Assembly: GCA_964387845.1 (NCBI GenBank)
Contig: CAYLXA010000002.1
Coordinates: 160,001-224,000, forward strand
Length of the DNA stretch: 64,000 nt
Direction of reading: 5' to 3'
Origin: an uncultured bacterium
GTDB lineage: Bacteria; Omnitrophota; Omnitrophia; Omnitrophales; Abzuiibacteriaceae
Shown: in pieces, positions 50,561 through 60,444 of the stretch
Position numbering within the stretch: the stretch's first letter is position 1
Layout of the letters: each line of letters opens with the position of its first letter
Notes under the pieces: model-generated
Databases searched by the model: none
What the model saw: the letters and a program-made list of their open reading frames with translations, nothing else
What the model was told of the DNA's origin: nothing
Made by a program: the position numbers and the translations under genes

Positions 50561-51784
50561 TCACCGGAGCACTGAATAAATCATGTGAAACGCACGGACT
50601 GCAGACACTTGCCGGATCCGGTCGCGATTTCCGCCGATCAAAAAATGTTTCACAAGAATGCTTTTCTCGGACGCAACTGCAATCCAAACGGTTCCAACCG
50701 GTTTTTGCTTACTGCCACCAGACGGGCCCGCGATCCCGGTTACGGCGATTGAATAATCCGTTTTGAGCAATGCGCGGACATTTTTAGCCATCAAAATAGC
50801 GGTCTGCTTGGAAACAGCGCCGTGCATTTTTAAAATCTGAGCAGGCACATTCAACACCCCTCTCTTCACAGAATCCGCATAGGCCAGAATACCGCCCCTA
50901 AAATACTGAGAGGCGCCGGGGTGATCCGTTAAGCGCTTGGCAAGCAATCCGCCCGTACAGCTTTCGGCAACCGAAATTGTTTTTCTCCGCTTCGTTAAAA
51001 GTTTTGAGACAGCCGATTCAATCGGCTCTTCCGTTTCAGTGTAAATAGCCTTTCCCAATCGCGAAAGCATTTCACGCCGCAGCGTTTTAATTAGTTGGCC
51101 GCTTTTTGAACGGACCTTGATGCTAATCCAACCGAGTTTTGGGTAAATACCAAATTCAAAGTCGCGCTTTCCGAAAAAACTCTTTCGCAGCTTCTGCATG
51201 ACTTGAGGCTCGCCGAGACCGGCCAAGCTCACGGTAAATGCCGGCAATCGCAGAAGTGCCTGTTTAAATTTTCTAAGCAGCATTCTTCTTACTTCATGCT
51301 CAAACATGTGAATCATTTCACGGGGAACGCCGGGCAGGACGACCAGTATTTTACCGTGATCCTCGACATAAAAACCAAGCGCGATTCCGGCCCGGTTCAG
51401 GATCGGATGTGCAATTCTTGGAAAATACGCCTCCCGCCGCGTAATGGGAATATTCTTTTGTTTAGTTCTTCTGAAATAGTTTTGAATGTTGCGGTATTGC
51501 TCAGGATTAAATACGAGGTCTGTCCGAAAATACGCTGCCACCGCTTCGCGTGTCACATCGTCCGGTGTTGGCCCAAGACCGCCAGTTGCAATCACAAGAT
51601 CCGAGCGGTCTAGCGCGAGCCCGAGCGCGTCTTCGATTTTCTCAACCGAATCAACGCAGGCAGTTTGACGATTCACCTGAAAACCAAGGCTGGTCAACTC
51701 CTTACCCAAGTACTGCGCATTTGAATTTAGCGTACTTCCCTGCAGCAATTCGGAACCGATGGTCAAAATTTCCGCGGAGTTCAT
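50561..51784 (-). CDS. cinA: CinA-family protein (MoCF-biosynthesis-like N domain + CinA/PncC C domain)
   Basis: MNSAEILTIGSELLQGSTLNSNAQYLG...ATGGLGPTPDD; start at internal Met abutting the pgpA stop. Confidence 0.85.
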   Translation of the reverse strand: MNSAEILTIGSELLQGSTLNSNAQYLGKELTSLGFQVNRQTACVDSVEKIEDALGLALDRSDLVIATGGLGPTPDDVTREAVAAYFRTDLVFNPEQYRNIQNYFRRTKQKNIPITRREAYFPRIAHPILNRAGIALGFYVEDHGKILVVLPGVPREMIHMFEHEVRRMLLRKFKQALLRLPAFTVSLAGLGEPQVMQKLRKSFFGKRDFEFGIYPKLGWISIKVRSKSGQLIKTLRREMLSRLGKAIYTETEEPIESAVSKLLTKRRKTISVAESCTGGLLAKRLTDHPGASQYFRGGILAYADSVKRGVLNVPAQILKMHGAVSKQTAILMAKNVRALLKTDYSIAVTGIAGPSGGSKQKPVGTVWIAVASEKSILVKHFLIGGNRDRIRQVSAVRAFHMIYSVLR

Positions 51785-52230
51785 TTGAGCAGAAAATGAG
51801 AAGCTAATTGAAGGATAATGTTTGATGCAACACCCGCCGCAAGATCGTCCGTCATAACACCCCATCCTTTCGGCAGTTTTTCTAACTGGCGGATCGGAAA
51901 CGGCTTTACAATATCAAAAAACCGAAACAAGATAAAACCGCTCACCGCCGTGACCCAACTCACCGGCACCAAGAAAAAAGTAACCAAAATGCCGCATACT
52001 TCGTCGATTACAACCTCGCTCGGATCCATTTTTCCGGTTTTTGTGATAACAAAATTGGAAGCTTTCACACCCAAAAAATATACCGCTAAAATTAAAACCA
52101 ATTGAGTTTGCGGGGTTGAGCGATTTAACAAAAAAAGAAGAGCTGCCAAACTTGCCGCAGTACCGGGAAGGAACTTTAATTTACCGATTCCGAAGAAAGT
52201 AGCAAACAATGTCCAAAACTGAGCGTTCAT
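51781..52230 (-). CDS. pgpA: Phosphatidylglycerophosphatase A
   Basis: 149 aa; FFGIGKLKFLPGTAASL...IDEVCG...FRFFDIVKPFP PgpA signature. Confidence 0.85.
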   Translation of the reverse strand: MNAQFWTLFATFFGIGKLKFLPGTAASLAALLFLLNRSTPQTQLVLILAVYFLGVKASNFVITKTGKMDPSEVVIDEVCGILVTFFLVPVSWVTAVSGFILFRFFDIVKPFPIRQLEKLPKGWGVMTDDLAAGVASNIILQLASHFLLK

Positions 52231-52233
52231 ATG

Positions 52234-52782
52234 TCAGCGAATGGTTTGCTTTAAAAATAAATACCCGGAAAATAACGTCAGTGCATTTGCAATCAAAAGA
52301 GAAGCATGTAAAACGATGTTTAAAACCGGGACGATTCCTGACCAGTTTATCCGGAAAGCCCACACCAATAAAAATGCCAACCCAACGGTTGCAAATTGAA
52401 CCACGGCCTTTACTTTTCCGGAATATTCAGCTGCCAAAATTTTACCGCGCAATATATTCTGCGTCCGGATCCAAGTCACTGCCGCTTCGCGGATAAAGAT
52501 CGGGATTACCCACCATATCGAATAAATCTTCAAATATGAAAAACTGAACAGAAGGCCAAGCACCAGAATTTTATCGGCAATTGGGTCCGCAATTTTTCCG
52601 AAATCGGTGATTAATCCTTTTGCGCGTGCCAGATGGCCATCCCACCAATCCGTCAAACATGCCGCCAGAAATATCAGGAATGAAAATCCAAGAGCTCGCA
52701 AATCGTTCGAGCTGGTCAGAATCAAACAGGACAGAACCGCCATGACAATTCTGGCGATGGTCAACATATTGGGCGTAATCAT
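52234..52782 (-). CDS. pgsA: CDP-diacylglycerol--glycerol-3-phosphate 3-phosphatidyltransferase
   Basis: CDP-alcohol phosphatidyltransferase motif D..DG..AR......G...D...D. Confidence 0.88.
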   Translation of the reverse strand: MITPNMLTIARIVMAVLSCLILTSSNDLRALGFSFLIFLAACLTDWWDGHLARAKGLITDFGKIADPIADKILVLGLLFSFSYLKIYSIWWVIPIFIREAAVTWIRTQNILRGKILAAEYSGKVKAVVQFATVGLAFLLVWAFRINWSGIVPVLNIVLHASLLIANALTLFSGYLFLKQTIR

Positions 52783-54179
52783 GAAATCAAATCGGCGGTT
52801 AAATCGTATTCATTTGCCGCAGCGACCTTGGCTTTTACAAAATCACCGGGTTTGAGATTGAGTTTTTTGGTTTTGCTTGAAGGGCGTAAATAAACAATGC
52901 CATCCACGTCCGGAGCATCCATCTGGCTTCTTCCTTGAAACATGTTCGGATAATCTTGGCTGGCCCCGTCTACCAAAATATCCAGTTCCCGTCCGATCCA
53001 TTTTTGATTATTTTCCAGTGAAATTTTCTGCTGAAGTTGCATGGCTTGCTTAAACCGTTCCTGCTTTACTTTTTCCGGAATTTGATTCTTCATCACACCG
53101 GCCGGCGTACCGTCTTCCTGCGAATACTGAAAAACACCCAATCTTTCAAATTTGGTCTCGTGCATAAATTCAAGCAGCTCATTAAAATCTCGGTCGGTTT
53201 CTCCGGGAAACCCGACAATGAATGTGGTCCGGATAGCAACGCCCGGAACTTCCTTCCGGATTTGCTCAACCAAACGCAGCGTCCGCTCTTTCGTAACACC
53301 GCGCTTCATCGCCAAAAGCATCGGATCGCTGATGTGCTGGAGCGGCATGTCCAAATAATTGCACACTTTTGGAAGTTTTGCGATCGCTTGAATCATTGAT
53401 AAATTCACGCAAGACGGATACAAATACAAAACGCGGATCCATTTGATTCCGCGGATCGAATTCAGTTCATTTAATAACTCGGGTAAGATATATTTTCCAG
53501 TCAAATCACGGCCGTAAAAAGAAGTGTCCTGGCCGGTTAAAATCACTTCCTTAGCACCCTCTGCTGCCAATTTTTCAATTTCTTTTACAATATCCGAAAC
53601 CGGCCGCGACCGGTGTTTCCCGCGAAATGACGGAATCGAACAGAAAGTACAAATATGATCGCAGCCCTCCGAAATTTTGACATAGCGAAAATGCACTGGC
53701 GTTAATGCGACACGCGAATTTTCTGCGCTGTAAACATAACCGGGACTACCCAGGGCAATAATTGGTTTGGTGTTGGTGCGGTATATTTTTTTTCGCCTTG
53801 CCAATTCCGAAAAAACGGATTCAATTTTGTCATACTCTCCCGTCCCCACAAATGCGTCCACTTCCTTGAATTCTTTTTGCAGCGTTTTTGAATACCGTTG
53901 AAAGAGGCAGCCCAAAACAACCAGCCCTTTGATTTGCCCGGCTTTTTTCAACTCGACCAATTCGATAATTTTATCGATCGACTCCTGCTTTGCCTCTTGA
54001 ATAAAAGAACAGGTGTTCAAAACGGCAACATCGCAATGAGAAATATCCGAGGTAACGGAAAATCGCGCAGAATCAAGCCTTCCGAGGGCCAATTCACTGT
54101 CTACAAGGGTTTTGGGACACCCAAGCGACAATATACCGACCGAGATAGGTTTTTGGGCTTTTGAGGCAGTTTTTAGCAT
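52779..54179 (-). CDS. rimO: Ribosomal protein S12 methylthiotransferase RimO (radical SAM MTTase + TRAM)
   Basis: N-terminal MTTase Cys triad (GCPKTLVDSE...), radical SAM CxxxCxxC (CDHICTFC), C-terminal TRAM. Confidence 0.85.
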   Translation of the reverse strand: MLKTASKAQKPISVGILSLGCPKTLVDSELALGRLDSARFSVTSDISHCDVAVLNTCSFIQEAKQESIDKIIELVELKKAGQIKGLVVLGCLFQRYSKTLQKEFKEVDAFVGTGEYDKIESVFSELARRKKIYRTNTKPIIALGSPGYVYSAENSRVALTPVHFRYVKISEGCDHICTFCSIPSFRGKHRSRPVSDIVKEIEKLAAEGAKEVILTGQDTSFYGRDLTGKYILPELLNELNSIRGIKWIRVLYLYPSCVNLSMIQAIAKLPKVCNYLDMPLQHISDPMLLAMKRGVTKERTLRLVEQIRKEVPGVAIRTTFIVGFPGETDRDFNELLEFMHETKFERLGVFQYSQEDGTPAGVMKNQIPEKVKQERFKQAMQLQQKISLENNQKWIGRELDILVDGASQDYPNMFQGRSQMDAPDVDGIVYLRPSSKTKKLNLKPGDFVKAKVAAANEYDLTADLIS

Positions 54180-54245
54180 AAATCGGCGTTATTGTAGCAT
54201 ATGGGGTCAGCTATTTCGATTGAGATTTGACTAAGCGATAAGAAA

Positions 54246-54319
54246 TGGAGCGGGCGAAGGGAATCGAACCCTCGTCATGGGCTTGGGAAGCCCAGGTAAT
54301 GCCATTATACGACGCCCGC
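54246..54319 (-). tRNA. tRNA-Gly (anticodon CCC)
   Basis: Minus-strand GCGGGCGTCGTATAATGGCATTACCTGGGCTTCCCAAGCCCATGACGAGGGTTCGATTCCCTTCGCCCGCTCCA folds as a cloverleaf: 7-bp acceptor stem, anticodon stem TGGGC/GCCCA with loop TTCCCAA, T-loop TTCGATT, U73 discriminator, encoded CCA. Confidence 0.85.
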
Positions 54320-54335
54320 ATTTTTTAGTGATCAG

Positions 54336-54400
54336 TGATAAGTTGTAGTAAAGCACAAATTGTTTTTTATCTTTTGTTTATCACTTAACACTTATCACTT
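54336..54400. repeat. Three copies of a CTTATCACT motif (one inverted, two direct) upstream of tRNA-Gly
   Basis: cagtgataag (54336-54345) is the reverse complement of cttatcactg; ttatcactta occurs twice in tandem at about 54377-54400. Confidence 0.5.
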
Positions 54401-54409
54401 ATAACTGAC

Positions 54410-55324
54410 TTAAAAGTGGCAGATTTTTTTAAATTCTTGATACCGGTTCTCAATTTCGTCTATGGCAAGAGATCTGAGGCGCTCAAGGCCGAATTGCTCA
54501 ACCGTAAACGAAGCCACCACACTTCCGTAAGCAACCGCACGCTTCAAAGTCTCAAAATTGAGAACATTTTGCTTTGCCAAATATCCCACCATCCCGCCCG
54601 CAAAGGTGTCTCCTGCGCCGGTAGGATCAAATACTTCTTCCAACGGAAATGCCGGCAATGCAAAAAAATTGCTTTCGTAGAACAAAAGCGCGCCATGCTC
54701 GCCTTTTTTAATGACGACAATCGACGGGCCGAACTCCTGAATCATGCGCCCGGCCTTGATGAGACTTGGTTGGCCGGTCAATTGACGAGCTTCCCCGTCA
54801 TTGACCACAATCATATCCACGCGCTTGAGGACTTTGAGCAATTCGTTTTTCTTGCTCGCAATCCAAAAATTCATCGTATCGCAGGCAACCAGCTTGCACT
54901 TCGGACGCTTGACCTGATTGAGGACTTCCTGCTGGAGAATCGGATCAATGTTTGCTAAAAATAAGAAATCAGGTTCGACTCCGTGGTTAAGCTTTGGTTT
55001 GAAATCAAGCAAAACGTTCAGTTGCGTATCAAGCGTAATCGCCGTGTTTAGATCCGATTCATATTTCCCTTTCCAACGAAATGTTTTTCCGGCGGATAAA
55101 ACTTCAAGGTGATCTAACCCGATTTTACGTTCTTCTAAAATTTTGCGGTATTCGACAGGAAAATCCGCACCCACCACCGCTACCAGTTCGGCGGGGACAA
55201 AAAAACTGGATGCGTATGAAAAATAAGAAGCCGAGCCGCCGAACACTTCTTGCTTGGCACCGAACGGTGTTTCAACCGAGTCAATCGCGACCGTGCCAAT
55301 GACCATGAGAGGATACTGACTCAT
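54410..55324 (-). CDS. PfkB/ribokinase-family sugar kinase (possible heptose-7-phosphate kinase)
   Basis: 304 aa; C-terminal anion-hole motif DPTGAGDTFAGG, N-terminal GG motif. Confidence 0.75.
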   Translation of the reverse strand: MSQYPLMVIGTVAIDSVETPFGAKQEVFGGSASYFSYASSFFVPAELVAVVGADFPVEYRKILEERKIGLDHLEVLSAGKTFRWKGKYESDLNTAITLDTQLNVLLDFKPKLNHGVEPDFLFLANIDPILQQEVLNQVKRPKCKLVACDTMNFWIASKKNELLKVLKRVDMIVVNDGEARQLTGQPSLIKAGRMIQEFGPSIVVIKKGEHGALLFYESNFFALPAFPLEEVFDPTGAGDTFAGGMVGYLAKQNVLNFETLKRAVAYGSVVASFTVEQFGLERLRSLAIDEIENRYQEFKKICHF

Positions 55325-55325
55325 T

Positions 55326-55958
55326 TTAGGCCATCCTTTGTTTTAATTGCTGAGCAGCCGCTTTCGGGTTTGCATCATTAAAAATAGCCCGAACGACCGC
55401 AATGCGTTTGGCGCCTGCGCCAACAACTTGTTTTGCATTTAACCGATTGATGCCGCCGATACAGACAAACGGAATTTTAACTCTTTGACTGACTGTGTGA
55501 ATTGAACGAAGTCCGATTGGTTGATAGTCCGGCTTTGTCGGGGTACCGAAAATCGGCCCAAAGCCGATGTAATCCGCACCGTTTTTTTCGGCTCTAACCG
55601 CTTGCTCGACGCTATGAGTCGAAATGCCGATTATTTTTTCTTTTCCCGTAATCTTACGCGCCGCCTGAATCGGCAAATCATCCTGTCCCAAATGCACACC
55701 GTCAGCACCTGCCGCCATTGCCAAGTCAATGCGGTCATTGATGATAAAAAGCTTTTTTTGCTTCGCCGTCATCTTCTGAATTTTAACCGCAAGTCTATAC
55801 AATTCATTATCCAGTAATGATTTGGAGCGAAGCTGAATAATATCAACACCGCCGCAAAGCGCGTCATTGATTTTTTGCAGAATCGCGGAACCGGATTCTT
55901 TCAGATCAGTGATTGCGTAAAGCTGAAAATTTTTTAATAATTCCTTTTTCCAGTTCAT
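55326..55958 (-). CDS. thiE: Thiamine-phosphate synthase
   Basis: LYAITDL...IQLRSK...INDRIDLAMAAGADGVHLGQDD...GISTH...GADYIGFGPIFGTPTK TMP-synthase signature; N-terminal boundary ambiguous (see finding). Confidence 0.85.
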   Translation of the reverse strand: MNWKKELLKNFQLYAITDLKESGSAILQKINDALCGGVDIIQLRSKSLLDNELYRLAVKIQKMTAKQKKLFIINDRIDLAMAAGADGVHLGQDDLPIQAARKITGKEKIIGISTHSVEQAVRAEKNGADYIGFGPIFGTPTKPDYQPIGLRSIHTVSQRVKIPFVCIGGINRLNAKQVVGAGAKRIAVVRAIFNDANPKAAAQQLKQRMA

Positions 55959-56337
55959 AAATATCAAACCGAAGCGCTTGAAAGCCGGATACGGCTCGCG
56001 GCGCCGCCATTTTTGCGCATTCTTCCAACGTGCGCAAACTTTCTTCAACGCGCTTGAAATTGGCAGCCGCCAGATCGTTCAGGCGAATGTGGTGCTGATC
56101 GGCAATCCGGCTTTTTTTACCGACATCCCGTTTTGAATTCCGGGACTCCAGTAAGTGAAGCGAGCTCACTGCCGGGCTTAACAAAATACGGCTGACTTGA
56201 TGGCGGATGCGCTTAATTTTGGCTGTGCTCTTTTTATCATTTAACACAAAACGCGCAAGATCTTCTAAAACACGCAAGCCTTCCCGCGCCCGGTTAAAAT
56301 TGGCATCCATTATCCGTTTAATCGAAGTCATGCGCAT
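55906..56337 (-). CDS. Hypothetical protein with internal duplicated motif (ANFxRxxExLRxLEE), possibly an N-terminal domain of ThiE split by a frameshift
   Basis: Start ATG 2 nt after the stop of the upstream cytidylyltransferase gene; the 3' end overlaps thiE by 53 nt in another frame across an A6 run. Confidence 0.45.
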   Translation of the reverse strand: MRMTSIKRIMDANFNRAREGLRVLEDLARFVLNDKKSTAKIKRIRHQVSRILLSPAVSSLHLLESRNSKRDVGKKSRIADQHHIRLNDLAAANFKRVEESLRTLEECAKMAAPRAVSGFQALRFDIYELEKGIIKKFSALRNH

Positions 56338-56339
56338 GC

Positions 56340-56816
56340 CTAAAGCTTTGAAATCTTTTTCAAAACGGCAGTCGTCGATCTGCCCTTCAAAAGGCGAACT
56401 CGTTTTACCCGGCCTCCCCATCCCTTTACTTCTTTGGCGCCGACAATTTTGGAAAGAGGCCAATCGCCCCCTTTCACCAAAACGTGAGGCTTTACAGCCA
56501 TAATTAAACGAATGGGCGTCGGATCTGAGAAAACAGAGACTGAACCTACAAAAGCTAGAGATGAAAGAATGAGCGCACGGTCACGTTCATTTTGAACCGG
56601 ACGCGTTTTGCCTTTGATTTTCCGGACCGACAAATCGCTATTGAGACCCACAATCAAATGATCGCCGAATGACTTTGCCTTCTTGAGATACATCACATGG
56701 CCGGCATGCAGGATATCAAAGCAGCCGTTGGTGAACACGATTTTTTTGCCCTGCCGGCGAAGTTTCGCGGCTAAAGATTTTAATTGCGGGCGTGATTTAA
56801 TTTTTAAGTTGTCCAT
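56340..56816 (-). CDS. D-glycero-beta-D-manno-heptose-1-phosphate adenylyltransferase (RfaE domain II / HldE C-terminal-like cytidylyltransferase fold)
   Basis: 158 aa; FTNGCFDILHAGH nucleotidyltransferase motif. Confidence 0.8.
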   Translation of the reverse strand: MDNLKIKSRPQLKSLAAKLRRQGKKIVFTNGCFDILHAGHVMYLKKAKSFGDHLIVGLNSDLSVRKIKGKTRPVQNERDRALILSSLAFVGSVSVFSDPTPIRLIMAVKPHVLVKGGDWPLSKIVGAKEVKGWGGRVKRVRLLKGRSTTAVLKKISKL

Positions 56817-56825
56817 GAAAACTGC

Positions 56826-57413
56826 TTATTTGGAAAGAACTTCTTCGGCAATTTCAGAAACCGCATGTAAAGCGGTAATGTGCATTTCTTGGATGTGCGA
56901 GGTTTCGTTAGACGCTGCAGAAAAGTTCAAATCCGTCATTGGCTTGAGCGCGCCGCCTTTTTCTCCGGTAAACGAAACGGTCTTGAGGCCTATTTGCTGC
57001 GCAGCTTTTACGGCTTCAATCACATTTTTTGAGTTTCCGCTCGTTGAAATTGCAATCAAGAGGTCGCCCTTCCGCCCCAAACCCTCCACCTGCCTTTTAA
57101 ACACACAATCATAATTATAGTCATTGGCAAGCGCAGTTAAAATTGAAGAGTCAGTTGTCAGCGCAATCGCAGGCAGGCTTTTGCGCTCTTTTTTGAACCG
57201 GGCGATGAACTCGGCTGCGATGTGCTGCGAATCAGCCGCGCTTCCCCCGTTGCCGCAAATCAAGAGTTTACCGCCCTTTTGAAGTGTTTGAATTATGGCT
57301 TCTGCGACTTTTACAAGATCGGCATTCCGGCTTGATTGAAAGGTCTTGCCTGCAATTTCAATGTGGTCGCCCAATATCACTTCTAATTTTGCCTGGATAT
57401 CCGCACTCGACAT
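56826..57413 (-). CDS. gmhA: Phosphoheptose isomerase (SIS domain)
   Basis: LLICGNGGSAADSQHIAAEF...ISTSGNS SIS motifs. Confidence 0.85.
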   Translation of the reverse strand: MSSADIQAKLEVILGDHIEIAGKTFQSSRNADLVKVAEAIIQTLQKGGKLLICGNGGSAADSQHIAAEFIARFKKERKSLPAIALTTDSSILTALANDYNYDCVFKRQVEGLGRKGDLLIAISTSGNSKNVIEAVKAAQQIGLKTVSFTGEKGGALKPMTDLNFSAASNETSHIQEMHITALHAVSEIAEEVLSK

Positions 57414-57426
57414 TACGCTTCCTCGA

Positions 57427-58452
57427 TTAACCGAAAAATATTTTTGCCATGTCGTAGTACTCTTTTGGGACTACTTTCAGCTCGCCGGTTGCTTGAGAGA
57501 GCGGCACCGAAACGATCTTCGTTCCGGCTAAGCTCACCATCTGGCCAAACTGCTTCGCCTTGATTAATTCAACCGCCTTAACGCCAAACCGCGTGCCCAA
57601 AACGCGGTCAAAGGCAGTCGGTGTTCCGCCGCGCTGGATGTGGCCCAGTACGGTCACGCGGGTCTCGAATCCCGTGTTTTTTTCGATCATTTCGGCAAGG
57701 GTCTGCCCGATACCACCCAGGCGGACGTGGCCAAATTGATCCTTCTTTTCTTCCAAGGTAACGTCTTTTCCCGCAAGCTTGGCACCTTCCGCGACCGCGA
57801 CAATGCTGAAAGTTTTTCCGCGCGCATGGCGCTTTTTGATCAAACTGCAGACTTCGTTGATATCAACCGGAATTTCAGGGATCAAAATCACGTCCGCGCC
57901 GCCCGCAATACCGGACTCCAAAGCAATCCAACCGGCATGCCGGCCCATGATTTCGACAACAATCACGCGATTATGCGATTCTGCGGTCGTGTGAAGCCGG
58001 TCAATGCACTCGGTCACAATATTGATTGCCGTGTCAAAGCCGAACGTATAGTCCGTTGCGGAAAGATCGTTATCGATGGTTTTTGGAACACCGACAACCG
58101 GTAAGCCGTCCTTGACCAGCTTGCTCGCAACGCCCAGCGTGTCTTCGCCGCCGACTGCAACAAGTGCTGTAAGCTGATTTTTTTCAAACGTTTTTTTGAC
58201 TTTCTCGAGGCCGTTTGCATCTTTATACGGATTGGTTCGTGAAGTTCCGAGAATCGTTCCACCCTTCGGCAAAATACCTGACACAACCTTTCCATCCACC
58301 ACCATAAACTCATTTTCCATGACGCCTTTCCAGCCGTACCGAAAACCAAGCACTTGCCAGCCTTCCATGCTGGCTGTTTTTTCTACAGCGCGAATCACTG
58401 AATTAAGGCCGGGGCAATCACCGCCGCCCGTTAAAATACCTATTTTCCCCAT
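57427..58452 (-). CDS. pfkA: 6-phosphofructokinase
   Basis: GILTGGGDCPGLN, GGEDTLG, MGRHAGWIAL PFK signatures. Confidence 0.9.
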   Translation of the reverse strand: MGKIGILTGGGDCPGLNSVIRAVEKTASMEGWQVLGFRYGWKGVMENEFMVVDGKVVSGILPKGGTILGTSRTNPYKDANGLEKVKKTFEKNQLTALVAVGGEDTLGVASKLVKDGLPVVGVPKTIDNDLSATDYTFGFDTAINIVTECIDRLHTTAESHNRVIVVEIMGRHAGWIALESGIAGGADVILIPEIPVDINEVCSLIKKRHARGKTFSIVAVAEGAKLAGKDVTLEEKKDQFGHVRLGGIGQTLAEMIEKNTGFETRVTVLGHIQRGGTPTAFDRVLGTRFGVKAVELIKAKQFGQMVSLAGTKIVSVPLSQATGELKVVPKEYYDMAKIFFG

Positions 58453-58470
58453 TGCTTCCTCCGTTTGAAT

Positions 58471-59019
58471 TTATGATGCCATCTGTAAAGGCGATTCTAC
58501 TATTTTCGAAACATTCATGAAAACGTCAATCAATATTTCATACCCAACGATTTTTAAAATTCTTTCCTTGATTTCGACTTCAATAAGCGGCTTTAGCGCC
58601 TGCAAATCTGCCGATGAAAGAACGGTTAAATCAATATTAATTTTAAGCACTTGTTGCTCAAAACTCGACGTCGCTTCGCAGCTCTGCACTGCGTCAAATT
58701 TCTTTAAGGCGCGCCTGACAATTTCGTTAATTGCCGAGAAGCGCAACGTGGTCTGCCCGCCATCTCCAAAGACTAAAAACTCGTCTTCGCTACGCACCTT
58801 TTTAACAAGCGATTTTGTTAGCGCAAGCCCTGTGATGATAAAAAAAAGCCCTGCGATTCCGATTTGAAAGCGCTGTCCGCCCGAGTCATAAAGATCTTGA
58901 AGTTTAATCAGCGCATCCTCCATCGGGAGAACTCTGAGCGCCACAATCATCATTAAACTTCCGAATGTCAAAAGAGCGATAATACAAAAAACATCGACAA
59001 AAAAATTAAAAACCCTCAT
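58471..59019 (-). CDS. Hypothetical membrane-anchored protein (Asp23/Gls24-like?)
   Basis: 182 aa, two N-terminal hydrophobic segments then a soluble domain; overlaps accC stop. Confidence 0.4.
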   Translation of the reverse strand: MRVFNFFVDVFCIIALLTFGSLMMIVALRVLPMEDALIKLQDLYDSGGQRFQIGIAGLFFIITGLALTKSLVKKVRSEDEFLVFGDGGQTTLRFSAINEIVRRALKKFDAVQSCEATSSFEQQVLKINIDLTVLSSADLQALKPLIEVEIKERILKIVGYEILIDVFMNVSKIVESPLQMAS

Positions 59020-60392
59020 CCTGCTGTTTCTTTCTCGGCGTTGTTGGCGGGCGGTGTCAGCATCGTATCAATGAACGTTGTGGTTACCTTGCCCTGCCGA
59101 AAGCGCGGCCTGTTCAAAATCTTCTCAAGCAGCGGGATCGTGGTTTTAATGGGGCCGACAGTCATCTCATGAAGAGCCCGCTGCATCATTGCAATTGCTT
59201 CATTCCGGTCATGGCCGTGAACAATTACCTTTGCAATCATCGAGTCATAAAATGGCGGGACACTGTAACCGGAATAAATATGCGTATCTACGCGCACATT
59301 CGGCCCGCCGGGAATGATAAGTGTGTCGATTTTGCCCGGTGATGGCATAAAATTCTTTTCGGAATCCTCCGCATTAATCCGGCATTCAATCGCAGCACCT
59401 TTGAACTGAATTTGGTCCTGCTTAAACCGCAGTTTGTGGCCGGCCGCAATCCGGATTTGCTCTTTCACCAAATCGATTCCTGTAATGAACTCGGTCACAG
59501 GATGCTCAACCTGAAGCCGCGTGTTCATCTCCATGAAATAAAAATTTCCGTCGACATCTAACAAAAATTCAACAGTGCCGACATTTTCATATTTCACCGC
59601 TTTCGCCACTTTAATTGCGGCCTCACCCATTTTTTTGCGTAGTTTTGCGTCAACCGATGTTGACGGCGATTCCTCGAGCAATTTCTGGTGGCGCCGTTGA
59701 ATCGAGCAGTCACGCTCACCCAAATGAATAACATTTCCGTGTGCGTCTGCCATGATTTGAATTTCAATGTGCCGCGGCTCCCGGATATATTTCTCGATAT
59801 ACACTTCGCGGTCTCCGAAAGCAGCCTCGGCTTCGGCTTGTGCAGTTAAAAAAGCATTCACCAACTTGCCGTCATTATGTGCAACTTTCATTCCCTTACC
59901 GCCGCCGCCGGCTTTTGCCTTGATAATAACGGGATACCCGAACTTTTTAGCGATTTTGAGCGCTTGCTCTTGATCTTCGACAACGCCTTTACTGCCTGGC
60001 GTCGTAGGAACACCTGCCTTGTCCATTGTGATCCGCGCCATGACTTTATCGCCCATCAAACGAACGCTTTCGGGTTTGGGCCCGATAAATTTGATCTGGC
60101 AGGATTCACAAATTTCTGCAAAGTGCGGATTCTCGGACAGAAATCCATAACCGGGGTGAATGGCTTCGACGTCCGCAATTTCGGCAGCGCTGATAATCGC
60201 GGGAATATTTAAGTAGCTCTCGCTGGAAGGCGCCTCGCCGATGCAAATGGCTTCGTCCGCCATTTTCACGTGGAGCGATTCGCGGTCGGCTTTCGAATAA
60301 ACGGCGACGGTTTTGATGCCGAGGTCGCGGCACGCCCGGATGACGCGCACCGCAATTTCACCGCGATTGGCAATTAAAATTTTGTTAAACAT
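59016..60392 (-). CDS. accC: Acetyl-CoA carboxylase biotin carboxylase subunit
   Basis: [26 protein letters not shown]...ATP-grasp motifs; start at MFNKIL rather than the upstream in-frame Met. Confidence 0.93.
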   Translation of the reverse strand: MFNKILIANRGEIAVRVIRACRDLGIKTVAVYSKADRESLHVKMADEAICIGEAPSSESYLNIPAIISAAEIADVEAIHPGYGFLSENPHFAEICESCQIKFIGPKPESVRLMGDKVMARITMDKAGVPTTPGSKGVVEDQEQALKIAKKFGYPVIIKAKAGGGGKGMKVAHNDGKLVNAFLTAQAEAEAAFGDREVYIEKYIREPRHIEIQIMADAHGNVIHLGERDCSIQRRHQKLLEESPSTSVDAKLRKKMGEAAIKVAKAVKYENVGTVEFLLDVDGNFYFMEMNTRLQVEHPVTEFITGIDLVKEQIRIAAGHKLRFKQDQIQFKGAAIECRINAEDSEKNFMPSPGKIDTLIIPGGPNVRVDTHIYSGYSVPPFYDSMIAKVIVHGHDRNEAIAMMQRALHEMTVGPIKTTIPLLEKILNRPRFRQGKVTTTFIDTMLTPPANNAEKETAG

Positions 60393-60444
60393 TGATGATT
60401 GCTCTTTCGAGTTGATTGATTCAAAAGCATGAGGAAGCGGTGGG

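Noticed and set aside
57427-58452. Initially considered as the HldE/RfaE-I heptose kinase because of adjacency to gmhA and the adenylyltransferase gene
   Set aside because: Sequence carries GGGDCPGLN, GGEDTLG and MGRHAGWIAL, which are diagnostic of 6-phosphofructokinase, not a ribokinase-fold kinase
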